Part shown: positions 13,631 through 26,084 of the stretch, piece after piece
Layout of the letters: each line of letters opens with the position of its first letter
Numbering within the stretch: the stretch's first letter is position 1
NCBI RefSeq assembly: GCF_036588685.1
Contig: NC_086376.1
Location: 44,702,001-44,766,000, forward strand
Direction: 5' to 3'
Source: Mytilus trossulus
Lineage: Eukaryota
Length of the DNA stretch: 64,000 nt
The notes under the pieces: generated by a model
Database searches by the model: none
What the model saw: the letters and a program-made list of their open reading frames with translations, nothing else
What the model was told of the DNA's origin: nothing
Position numbers and translations under genes: made by a program

Positions 13631-15756
13631 ATAGATATGTATTTTAATAGTCTCTCATAATACTTTTAAGAATGGCACATACATATATTCAATGTTTTAA
13701 ATATGTTTACTGTATATTTAACTATATAATTTATCTTGTTTTCATGATGTTGTATGTGGTGAGACTATTTTTAAAACTATTGAATCTGAATCTGAATCTA
13801 CTTTTGTCGACCTGTCTCGTGCATTAATTGGTTATCAAAGGTACCAGGATTATAATTCAATAACCCATTGTTGGCCTTCGGCTGTTGTCTGCTCTATGGT
13901 CGTGTTGTTGCCGCTTTGACACATTCCCCATTTCCATTCTCAATTTTATATCAGGAATAAGGAACCAGTATTATAAATTATTACACCAGACGCGCGTTTT
14001 GTCTACATAAGACTCACTAGTCACGCTAAGATCAAAATAGTTAGAAAGCCAAACAAGTACAAAGTCGATGAGTTGAAAAAACACCAGTACTGGCATTGAC
14101 CTCATTAATAAGTTTTCCCGGTCCACCACCTTTTTAGAACATACTAAATAATTCAATTGTTATACGTTTTGTCGTTTTTTTAATGTGTTTGTAATATTGT
14201 TCAGTTGACAATCAAAAATCATTCAGAACGCGATTATAAATGATTTGATATGATCAGATACTACAAAAAAATATAATTACAGTTATGGCATATTAAGGCA
14301 ACAATAGTATACCAGTGTACAAAAGTTATAAATCGAATAACAGAAACAATCCGGGTTACAAACTAAAACCGTGGACTAAGCATGTTTCTATATGATGATA
14401 ATTAGAGTGATAATTAGGAGTTTTGTTGCGTTTATTTGTGTTTGTTAAACATGTTGTTAAAATACAATATCTATTTTTCTATTAGTTGAAAATCACATTT
14501 AAAACATTCAACGCCTTAACTTGCTTTATAAGGAACGATGGAAGTTGCAAAGACCAGTTCGTACGTGTGTTGACTGATTCATATGAATAAAATCTCAATT
14601 AATCACTGACAGTTGCTATTTTAGATTGATTGTTTGGCCCTTAACAGCACAGAAAGGCTATATCGGGACGACCATTAAATTGAATCATTTGAAATATATG
14701 TTCGTATGTTACGAATCTATTTTAGCTGTGTCAACAGTTGCACGCCGTTTTTGTAGGGTCGCTATTTTCATAAATTTAAAATGTATTCCTAGAATAGACA
14801 CACATGTTTTTAACATATTGAAGCATTAAAAACGCTTTACCAGATTGATCTAATGTATTTTTTTCCTCATTTTGAACTTCTAAAATGTTGAATTTGTTAA
14901 TTGCCGCATTTGTTTTTGCAAATGTAAGACCAAGGAGACTGGGTATGAATGTTATTGAAATACCCTTTATAAATGTTTAATGTATGTCTCTTTGTGCCAG
15001 ACAATCAAAATTCACCATCTGATAAAATTTCACAGAAAGTTTATCATTAGTCCCTTACAGTCCATGTGAGCAATACAAGTAGATCGATAATCATGTACAG
15101 ATAGATATTATTGACAGGCCCATTAATCATTGTTGTGTAGGGACAACAGGTATATTGTCGATTGCAGATATAAATTCATATAATATTTATATATATATTA
15201 CACAATAGAATACGATGTCGAGCCATACTAATTGAAAATATTATTTCTGAAATACGATTGAAAATTTGACTGTAGAAGAATGAAGTTGATCTACTACAAA
15301 TATATATTAAAGATATTGAATTGATATGATGCAGTTATTAAGAGTATAAGAAATAAAAATGGGATAAAACATAAAAATTGGTTTTGTTACTGATAAAAAA
15401 ATGAATCGTTTACCCTTCTTCGTGTTGTTTATTCTTTAGTTTTCCATATTGTGTCATGTGTACTATTGTTTGTCTGTTTGTCTTTTTCATTTCTAGCCAT
15501 GGCGTTGTCAGTTTATTTTAGATATATGAGTTTGACTGTCCGTTTGATATTTTTCGTCCCTCTTTTCTTGATAAAAAGAAATCTTATATATATACCTTCC
15601 GGAGCACCTGAGGTCACCCCTAGTTTTTGGTGGGGTTTGTGTTGATTATTCTTTAGTTTTCTATGTTGTGTCATGTGTTCTATTTTTATTATGAATTTTC
15701 ATATACGTGAAACATACTGTTAATAGTTATCAAAGGTACCAAGATTATAATTTAGT

Positions 15757-15800
15757 ACGCCAGACGCGCGTTTCGTCTACATAAGACTCATCAGTGACGC
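15757..15800 (-). ncRNA. Minimal type I hammerhead ribozyme, intact
   Basis: GCGUCA CUGAUGA GUC-UUAUGUA-GAC GAAA C-GCGC-G UC/ UGGCGU; predicted cut between 15763 and 15762. Confidence 0.88.
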
Positions 15801-16111
15801 TAAAATCAAAATATGTATAAAGTCAAACAAGTACAAAGTTGAAGAGCATTGAGAATCCAAAATTCCAAAAAGTTGTGCCAAATACGGCTAAGGTAATCTG
15901 TGCCTGGGATAAGAAAATCCTTAGTTTTTCAAAAAAATCAAAGTTTTGTAAACAGGAAATTTATAAAAATGACCACATTATTGATATTCATGTCAACACC
16001 GAAGTGTTGACTACTGGGCTGGTGATACCCTTGGGAACGAAACGTCCACCAGCAGTGGCATTGACCCAGTGGTATAAATAGTTATCAAAGGTACCAGGAT
16101 TATAATTTAGT

Positions 16112-16155
16112 ACGCCAGACGCGCGTTTCGTCCACATAATACTCATCAGTGACGC
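16112..16155 (-). ncRNA. Minimal type I hammerhead ribozyme, core intact, stem II weakened
   Basis: GCGUCA CUGAUGA GUAUUAUGUGGAC GAAA CGCGCG UC/ UGGCGU; predicted cut between 16118 and 16117. Confidence 0.78.
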
Positions 16156-17217
16156 TCAAATCAAAATATGTATAAAGCCAAACAAGTACAAAATGTATAA
16201 ATCATATAATGATGTACAAATCAACATATAAATATTGTCGTCAATGTAGTAAAAGTGGTAGAACACGTAGCTGATTAATGGAGTGAATGCGAAGTGCAAG
16301 AATGGTATATCCCAGCCCAGTAATTAGATCTTCTGTGACATAAATTCTTGTCTGACGTACACAGAGTTCCATTTTGAATCTTTCTTTAATCCTAATAATT
16401 ATGTTGCCGCAGTTTCTGAGTAAGGAGCACGCTCCTGAATATGAAGTACGTAAAGTGTGAAATTTCACGAGCACAACGAACTCAGATATATTAACACCTT
16501 ACGCTGAGACAGAAGGTATGTTACTGCTGAGAAATGAGAAATTTAAAATTGGGAATTTGAGTTCTCTTTTTGTATTTTACAAGGTTCTTAATGAGTTCTG
16601 ATTCATATTAGTTCAAAAACCAATCGGCCAGGAGTAGTGCATAATAAGTACCCATTGGAATACCGACTGTCTGTTGAAATAATAATCCTCCAAATTTAAG
16701 AAATATTTTGTCGATAAAAATTCTTTTTTATAACGCATGCTGTTTCTTTTATGCAAATATGAATTCCATAATATTAAGGAAATGTGGTATGATTTGATCT
16801 AGAAAATCAACTTTTACAATTGTCCTACCTCTAACATTTATTTTTATAGATTTTTAAATCAACGTGTTTAACTAATTGACTAGGGATCTTTTAATTCTGT
16901 TCATGGTCCATTTGAAATTTGTTTTCCGATAATTATTAAGAATGGTTCCATCCTATATTAACCCCTAATTAGTTTGATATGGATTGTTTAAATTTTACTT
17001 TTCAGAATTTTTATTTATTGATTAGTTGTAGTAGCTTGTGTTCGTTTTATAGAGTGTTTTTATATAATTTTAGAACAAACAATAAACACTATAAATATTT
17101 AGTACGTTATTTTAACATAATTTTGATATTGATGATACGAAATGGTAAATAGGTATTTCATTGATTTTATTCATAACGTACAAATCATTCTTAATTTCTG
17201 CATTGCCATCAGGATTC

Positions 17218-18324
17218 TCAATACTTCTCTTTGATTTCAGCAGACGCGATGTTCTGTTTGACATCAATCTCACGAACCTTGTTTAATTGCTTTGGTCTTA
17301 CTACTGATTTCTCGCTGGGCCTGTTTCCAATATGAGCGATGCCGTATAACTGTACAAATGTTTCAACAAATATTGGGATAATAAGCGACATCATAATGAT
17401 TCCACACAATGCGCATACAGAGCACGCCATTTTCCCGACAAAAGTTTTAGGCGATAAATCTCCATAACCAACCGTAGTCAAGGTTATTAGTCCTAACCAC
17501 CATCCTTGTGGTATGCTATCAATATTGTCTCTCTCTTCTGCCAAGTAGATGATGTTCGCAAAAATCAATAGAATGATGACAATGTGAAACAGCAATACAA
17601 GAAGGTCCTTCGAATTCTGTCAAAGTGAAAATTTTAGCACCTTTACAGCAGCTAGATGTTGACAATATCGCAATAACCTTATCACTCTTAGAAACTTTAT
17701 AAAATCAACCAGACTTGTGAAAGTAGGCGAAAACTTATATCCACTCTTCATATTAAATATAACAATGTCAACATATGTGCCGATCAGAACTACAAATTCA
17801 ATAACATTTAAAAAATTCATGAAGTAAACTTTTAAACTTGGACAAACCAATAACCTTAATAATAGTTCAACTGTGAAAAAAGCTGTAGCAAGATAATCAA
17901 TCTGGTAGAAAATGTCATTTTTGAAAGTCAACGTTGGGAAAGTCGTTTTTAACGTGTCCTGCTGGCTATCATGTTCAGCTATACTTCCGTTCTGCGTTAC
18001 ATTTGTTGAAGAAGTTGTAATTTGAGGATTTCCTTTATAAGGAATAGATCTTTTACCGACATGCTGTTTTTGAGGCTGAAACTGCTGAGGTGGTTCCTTT
18101 TGGTCAAAATCAAATTGAAACTCGTTTCCTGTTGTAGTTATTTTAAGCAAATGACAGTCGTACTTCATGAAATAGTTTTTAACTTCTGGGTTAATTGCAT
18201 CATCAGCAACTACATATTCATACCATTCACATGTAGTCAGGGTACGTTTGTATTGTGGCAAAGTACTGAGTGCAAGTGTACTAACCGACAGCAAAACGAA
18301 GGCAACACCAACGAATAAGAATAT
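17218..18324 (-). pseudogene. Kv-B exon 2 (S1-S6, TTVGYGD pore) interrupted by one in-frame TGA at 17620-17622
   Basis: ttgcag|IFLFVGV...; S4 KFLRVIRLLRY; VLKFSL*QNSKDLLVLLFHI continues in frame through the pore and S6. Confidence 0.75.
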
Positions 18325-19562
18325 CTGCAAATAGTAAAACAGGTTCATGAAAAATATATACATACGAGTATATGTTTTTTGTTTTGTTGCTCTGGAGAAT
18401 AACAAATACTAGTTTTAGCAAATGAAGGCAAATTTTCACGGTTTTTTTTTTCTACCAAAAAGTCTCCAAATCTGGATTAAAACTAGTATGACAACGTCAT
18501 GTGTGAATTTAAGTTTCTAACATTATTTCGGCACTTTTTCTGAAAATAAAACAAAAGTATAAAATGGCTTAAGACGACAAAACAATGAAACGTAGATATT
18601 GACTATTTTTTAGTAATTTGCACAAAATTATAATTTTGAACCTAATTAGAATTCTATTTCAGAAATGATTTTTATTCAAATCAAGCAATGCAACATGTTA
18701 GTTAAGAGTGTCCTTTGTTTAAAAATTTAACAATATAAAACGTTTTTGTATTAACTTAACACTTACTTAAAGATGCGAGACCTATGATTAAGTACGCCAA
18801 ACATGCGTCAGTGATGAGTCTTTTGTAGACGAAACACGTCTCCTGTGGTCCAGGAACAAAGTTATCGTCTCTAAATTTTCCTTGTCTACAAGTAAAGTCG
18901 CTAGTGTGGACAGTGTATGACTTTCCATTATTTTCTATACCCTTTCCAAAAATATTTCTTCAAGTTTTATGCACCAAATAGAAAGTAAGGGACTTAAATA
19001 ACACTGTTTGAAATTTAAAGAAAATGAGTATTGACATGAACACGGTGTTAATCTCAAATTCGTCCTGTGTTCTAGAATGTGACCTACCGACGCTACGAAT
19101 GCCACATATGGATTAGGATCTGCTTACAATTTAGGAACAATTGAGATCAACCTGGTCTGTGATTGGGTTCGTTGTGCTCCATCTCTAGGTTTCATTGTTG
19201 TGTTTTGTGTAATATTGGTTTATCGCTTTTTTCTTTCCTTTTTTTTTTTGGTATTCGCATATCATATATGCCAGGATTTATATTGTACACCAAAATCACG
19301 TTGCCTCAATAAAAGACTCATACATGACGTTGGAATAAAAATGAGTTATAAAACCAAATATGGTACGAAGTAGAAGAGCGTTGAGGGCCAACATTTTTAC
19401 TCGATTTACAAATACAGCTAGGGTAATATTTTACTAGGTAGAAAAGCCTTATTTTTTTGAAAATTAAAGCTTATGGTACCTCACTTGTGATACGCTTGTC
19501 GGTGATTATTCGCTTAGAGAAAAATTGCTTAATATACATTAATGTCTGTCACCATTATTTAC

Positions 19563-20015
19563 CTTGGACAACCATGACCTTTCTTGATAATCTATAATCC
19601 TCCATACACGATTTTTCCTAGCCAATGGGCTCAAAGTAAAGTCCTGGCTTTGCTTAATAGTGGACTTAAAATCTGATTTGGTTTTGTAACTATCCAAGAA
19701 CTGAATGTAATTGAGGAAACAACATTGTTCCATAAGTTCATGATCTATCTCCCAGTATTCTAGTTCTTCTTTGAAAACATTTGGACAAATGTTTGGTGGC
19801 AAGTGTAATTTTCCGGTCTGATAAAACATCAAAATGGCCTCAAAGGGTACAGACGGTCTATTGAAATAAATCTCCTCTAGCTTCGTGCTATCCAAAGAAC
19901 TAGCTAGCTGCCCTAAACGTGAGCTAACTTGGGTTAAAAGAGAATTTCTAGTCACTTCATATTTAGTCCCAGAAATATTTAGAATAATTCTGCTGGATTC
20001 TTCCATGGCGTCCAT
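19563..20015 (-). CDS. Kv-B exon 1, T1 domain
   Basis: MDAMEESSRIILNISGTKYE...HLPPNICPNVFKEELEYWEID...CC; 151 codons ending WLSK|GTAAAT. Confidence 0.88.
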
Positions 20016-22909
20016 TTTGTTAACTAAAAACACCCGATGTTTCCAATCACATGCAAACACTTACCTGACAAAATCGTATCATTAGATTATTAATGGCTAT
20101 GAAATAGATATCATAAACTAAACACTCATTATGTTATCATCAAAACATTTCTGTTCCCAGTAGAATAACATAATAAAAATTCAACATCCTTTTAATTGAT
20201 TTGAATAAATAAATGAACTAGCTTGTTTTATTCCTACAGTATCTCAACAGGTAGGAATCGAGTAAGCTCATATGGATAAACGCTTGTTAATGATTTATTT
20301 TACATTTTCCATGCTGTATTGAAAAAAAATATCTTCCTCTTTTTAGATGTAAATTTCATTTAACCCAATTAATTTAGGTCAGAAAAATTTACCATTTAAA
20401 TATCAAGTTTAAACCTCAACCTTAAGCCGTCACTAGTGGTTTCATAAACATTAGTGAAAAACTGAAGGCACATAGAAGGTATTAACGAAAAATCATTATC
20501 AAATTGATTTCGAAAATCATTCTTCAATTGATATATAAAATTTCGAACTCTACAAAATCCAAGAGCATACTATAAACATTACAAAACAATTCAGCAAAAA
20601 ATTAAGTGCTGACCCAATTTCATCCCTAAACAGTGACAAAGATAGCATGAGCTACAGTTTGTGCACTCAATTTATAACCGAAACCATGTGGATAAGATAA
20701 AAAAAAATATATAACAAAGAAGCAAAAAAGTTTGAAAAGATACTTTTAAAACAATCTCCTTTTTTTTATATAAAAAATTCTAAGAGTACGAGGGAAGGTA
20801 AAGTCGTTCGCCTCCAAATGAAACAAACGACGAATACTCATCATATTAATGACATATGAAAATATGATTCATCTATCTAATTGGTTTGGTTTTATCCCTC
20901 AAAACGGTTTGATCCTAGGTGTGCAGAAATGTAAATCATTTCCTTCTCCGAATGTATAACCAATGCTACAATCCTTACACATTTCCAGGATCAGGTGTGG
21001 GACTTGGGTGTGTCAGTTCACCATTGTTTTCGTTTGGTTTTTTTGGTCTTTTTTGCGAGTGATTTCGGCATTTTGTGAAACGTCCATTAGGTTTAGAATT
21101 TGATTTCATCCTTAGTTAGGGTTTTTTCTTTATAGGATCCGTATTTAGATACCTAATCTCCTTATATATATGACGTTGATGTTACAATTTTTTTTTATAA
21201 CTAATCTTTTAACTTGTAACACATTGTAAAAATAAGGAGTTGTGTTTGCCAATAAGACAATTGTCCAAACGTCGAGGATGTAAGTAACTATACGAAAATG
21301 CAAGTGTGTCATTCATACCGAAAAAGCAGTGCACGTATCGTATAGTCACGAATAAAGGGTATGACATGCCAAAATATGAATTTAGTCCAACGAGAAAACC
21401 GTTACCGAATAAAATATTATTACAGACACTGTTTTACAGGTTTGTTACATGCGGACCTTGTTTCGACACAGATATTTTTGAGACTCCCAAAAACTCCCCC
21501 AAAAAGACGGGACTGTTCTTACAGCTTAACAAAAAGAAAAAAAATCTGTTAAAAGTGACTAGAAAACAGCTTGGCGTATAAGATTGGTTCCAAGCAAAAC
21601 AATATAACTATCATATACGAAAGATAAAAATTACCGATCTAAGAGTACTAAAAATAAGTGCAAAGCCAATTACAACTAATGAATACATCATATTCTTTCA
21701 GAAAAAAGTATCAATCAGTACACATCGAACAGGTTAAGTGTAAAGACTTTGTGAACAGCTAAAGAAAAGCATGACATTGTGCACTGCCAAACTGTAAGTT
21801 CAAAGTACCGACAGGATGTTGGATAATCAGCGGTGGCGTTGTCAGTTTATTTTCGATTGAATGTCCCTCTGGTATCTGTCGTCCCTCTTCAATAATTACA
21901 ATTTCAACAATTACTGATTGTCATTCAATCTTTTACAGTCTCCCAATGGCGCACAGAATTCAATTAATCCTGATTATGATAAACATCGATAGTAAGTAAA
22001 TATCATTATTTTTTTTAAATAGCAATCGAACTATAAAGATGTGGAGTAATCAATTGATATAAAACAAATACATATTAGTGTGCCATTTGAATTAATTGAT
22101 TTTTTAACCTACCAATAAAAATTGACGGGTTGCATTTAACAAGGGTATTCACAAATTTTGTCTTGATTTTTTATAATTCGTTTCAAAATTAAAACCAAGG
22201 TTTAATTGGGGTATAGATATAAGGTTATTAGACTTCTCTTCTTGTACAGCAGTTAACTTGTTTTAAAAGTCAGCTACGTCTAGTCGGAATGGAAACATTA
22301 AATCTTCTGTCTCGCGTAAACGAAGTGTCACACCTTTTACACATTAAAGCACCGCAACAGATCGGATGGTCCCGCAAGTGGTCTGTATTGAAAGGCAAGA
22401 TTTATTATCTAATCCATCATTAATAACTTCATTTTTTAGTGACATTAGAAAAATATCGTCTCTCCTCCTAGTCGACCCACTTTCCAAATTGATTTTCCTC
22501 TGAGTTCAGTATTTTTGTGATTTTACTTTTTTTTTTGTAACAAGTACCTATTAGAGTAACTGTCTTTTTTTCCGTCCTGAATATGCAGAAACTATTTGCC
22601 ATTGAACCTTTAGTAAACAAATTGGTCAGGAACAGGTGGAAGGCGCCATTTTGGTTGGTGAGTAACTGTTGTTTGATTTTTGTTTTTAACAATTTTATGT
22701 TTTTTATACCATGTATTGACTCCACAACGGCTAAATTTATGTTATACCATTTATTATTTATTAATAGTAGCTTGAGAGCAATGTTTTGAACAGGATGTCA
22801 ATTCTGACAAGAGTATATATGTTTATCAACCATTACATTCATTTTATTATCTACAGAGTCATATTGATTGACCAAAAGTTAAATCAACTATTTTCATTTT
22901 GCGGTTTAA

Positions 22910-24436
22910 CCCTTTAACATTCAAGGATTTTTTTACCTTTTCTTCCCGAATAAAGGATATCTGTTTTCAATCAATTGCGAATTTCGATAAAAAGCTCACT
23001 CAAAGGACACGTTAGACTCATCTGATAGATAATTGACCAAGGTTTCAGGAAAACTTGATTTAAGGAAAATAATTCTTACGTTGGTCACGTGATATCTCTC
23101 AAAAGTCACGTGACATGCTGAATTAAAGTGACAAACATGTACAATTCAAGCGGAAAAGCGGTTTTACAGACATTTAGTGACAAAAATAGAACATAATTTT
23201 AGTGTTAAATTAATGCATGAAGACTTTCGGAAACGTTATCGGTGAAAACTTTATACAGAAAGATGCAAAACCTGTCTGATTGGTAGAAATATCAAGACTC
23301 GAAACACCAAAAAATAGTGGATTTTTTGAGAATTTTTGTCATAGTCGAATAAATGGCCCAAGTTTATGTTAAAGATGTACTATTCATAACTGCTTACAGA
23401 ATGAGCCTTTAAGAAAGAATTTTGAGTAGATATTGAATGAAAATCTGGTATTATTGAGTGCCCAGGCTAAGAATGTAACAAACACAGAGAGAGGGGAGAA
23501 AAAAAGGGGGGTAAAATTTTCTTTTTGATGTAATCATCTATTTCAGTTGTCTTAATTGAAATTGAAAGTAAAGTTAAGTTAAGTTACATTTAATATAGGA
23601 ATTTATTTTTTCATCCTCCGGCACTGAGGTTTGAACACGCGATCATCCGGGTGTAAGACTGTGCATCTGTCCACTGAGCCACAGAAACCATTGGAAAACT
23701 GATGAAATTAAAGCATATAAGTCACCTTCTCTGTAAGACTAGAAATTATTTTTGGGAGAACATAATCCAACTTCGTTTTCTAGAGAAGCTATTTTTTGAA
23801 AATTATTATTTTTTCAAGCAAATTTGAAAGAAAGTTATTCAGAAATGTTCGTTTTTTCGTCTATATGTCACTATTTCTATACCTTAGCGATACGATATCC
23901 AACACCCTCATAACCAGACACTAAAGAAACAAAGATTTGTTATTGCTATTCCGACTTGGCTAACAATTTTTAACACATTTTAGATGTTCTCATCTCTTTT
24001 GCTATAAAAACTTACAAAACAAAACATCAAAATTCCTTGTAATTTGAGTTTTGTTTCAGTGTTGATACTCTATGAATCAGATTTTTTGTATGTGTATGGG
24101 TTTAACTTACAGTTTTGATAATTGATGATTGTCAATTTAAAACAAAAAACAGCAACAATTTGTATTGTGACATTTTGTGAAAATATTCTATTTAAAAATA
24201 GAAATAAAACAGTTTTCCCCAAAACAATTCTTGTCAATATAGGGCAAATTGACATAATGCATTGCATTTTGTTGGTTTCAGACACAAAAAATCAAGTTGG
24301 TGGTATACTGATCTTCAATTTGAGCCCACAACCACATATGTACGTCAAAAATTGTCAACGATACAAAACTTCATGCAAACTACTCCCCCACAAATTTAGC
24401 TTATCGGTCAGATTGACCGATAGGAACGTTAAACGG
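22910..24436. mobile_element. piggyBac-like non-autonomous element (TTAA TSD)
   Basis: TTAA|CCCTTTAACATTC ... GAACGTTAAACGG|TTAA; 11/13 TIR match. Confidence 0.6.
23615..23689 (-). other. tRNA-like Pol III cassette (pseudo-tRNA or SINE head)
   Basis: A box TGGCTCAGTGG and B box GTTCAAACC at tRNA-like spacing; CTTACAC loop; stems poorly paired. Confidence 0.5.
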
Positions 24437-25089
24437 TTAATAGCTACTATACGTAAAATAACAAAATTACCGAACTCCGAATTCTGAACGAAAGTTTCTT
24501 AAAGTAATGGCAAAATCAAAAGATCGAACACATCAACAAATTCATAACCATGAACTGTCATATTCCTGACTTGGTATAGGCATTTTCTTATGTAGAATTT
24601 ATTTATGGACTTTTTCAAAGACCTTGACTGGCTATATATGTAGCCCTCGCGCGGTCGGTGTATCTTTATTTTATATAATACAATTGTGTTGTATATGTGA
24701 AAACTATTTTATCAAGATCGCTCTAGAAGCGGACATGACGCAAACTGAAAATAAACTACTTTGAATTTTTACTCTTTTGGTTTCAACTGAATAAAGAGCC
24801 ATAACTCCAAATTTCCACAAACACACAAAATCGGTAAAAAAAAAAGCAAAGTAGTAATTTAACTTGTACTTTGAACGCAAATAAAACTTTTGAATATGAA
24901 AGATCAATATATAAACAATAATAAAGCTATGATACCAATTACTTTGTTATAAATGAAATGGAGACAACAGATAAAACAAGTTAAATAATGTTGCTTCGTA
25001 ACTTATTTATCATTAAACGTTAACTTAGGCAAAGAAATATGAGCGTTTAGCATTTCCTCTTTAGAAAAATATGGTGATTATTAGATACA

Positions 25090-25192
25090 GCCTTGTTGGT
25101 CGAATGGTATCAGCTGCTAGACATAGTGCAGGAGGTATTGGTAAAATGTCACTTAATTAGCAGGGGTTCGATTACCACTGGAGGAAAAAAAA
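25090..25192 (+). mobile_element. tRNA-derived SINE head remnant
   Basis: A box TGGTCGAATGG, B box GGTTCGATTAC, then an A tract. Confidence 0.45.
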
Positions 25193-25617
25193 TGATTACG
25201 CAAAATATTGAGGCATAGAAATAAAAATCAACGTCAGATTATTCATTGTCCATGTCATCACGTTGGTGATATGTCCTGCTTAAAATATTTAACGTCACAC
25301 AAGACATGATGTTATGACTATTTTTCTGAAGAGATAACCAAAGTGACACAAACATTGGGAGCGCCTGTGCTAGACATGTAAACGAGTTTATAATGCTTGA
25401 TGGCAATTATTTATTTTGGTGCATTCAAAACACTGCATAATACGTGTCAACGGTTACTTATATCTTTTACCAAGTTTATTGTTGTATAGCAGAAGGTGCC
25501 GAGGCAAACGACATTAAAACAAAAAAATAAATAACGTTAGTTTATTGCAATTTACACAAGATTTTTCACGCATTTTAACAAACAAAACATCCACGCTTAG
25601 TAAAAGTAAAACGGATG

Positions 25618-25883
25618 ATGGGTGTTGACATGAATATCAATTATGTGATCATCTTTATAAATTTACTGTTAACAAAACTTAACTTGACTTTTTATGAAAA
25701 AATAAGGATTTTCTTATCCCACGAATAGATTAACTTAGCAGTATTGGACACAACTTTTTGGAATTTTGGAACCGCAATGCTCTTTAACTTCGTTCTTGTT
25801 TGGCTTTATAAATATTTTGATATGAACGTCACTGTTGAGTCTTATGTAGACGAAACGCGCGTCTGGCGTACTAAATTATAATC
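25618..25883 (+). mobile_element. Retrozyme family A partial copy; hammerhead 25826-25869 with CUGUUGA core variant
   Basis: ACGTCA CTGTTGA GTCTTATGTAGAC GAAA CGCGCGTC TGGCGT. Confidence 0.8.
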
Positions 25884-26084
25884 CTGGTACCTTTGATAAC
25901 TATTTAATATTTCGCCTGACCTTTGACACTCATACATCAATAATTAAAAATGAAAACATGTTATCTGATATAATATATACCAAGACATATTCAAATATAA
26001 TTTTGAATTCTTAATTCATTTCTAAAATAATCCGGATGTAGCGCAAATTAAAACAGTGAATTACAGATGTTAACAATGTAATAA

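Larger units (their letters stand above)
15722..16192 (-). mobile_element. Non-LTR retrozyme (family A): 355-bp unit flanked by ~115-bp direct repeats, each holding a hammerhead ribozyme
   Basis: AATAGTTATCAAAGGTACC starts at 15722 and 16077 (period 355); hammerhead cores in both repeats. Confidence 0.88.

Noticed and set aside
15839-16081. 80-aa ORF
   Set aside because: Antisense to the retrozyme body and disrupted in other copies
17620-17622. Selenocysteine recoding of the Kv-B TGA
   Set aside because: Aligned residue is basic rather than Cys, and I could not see a SECIS in the AT-rich 3' region
23615-23689. Functional tRNA-Val(TAC) gene
   Set aside because: Acceptor and anticodon stems do not pair; kept only as a tRNA-like cassette
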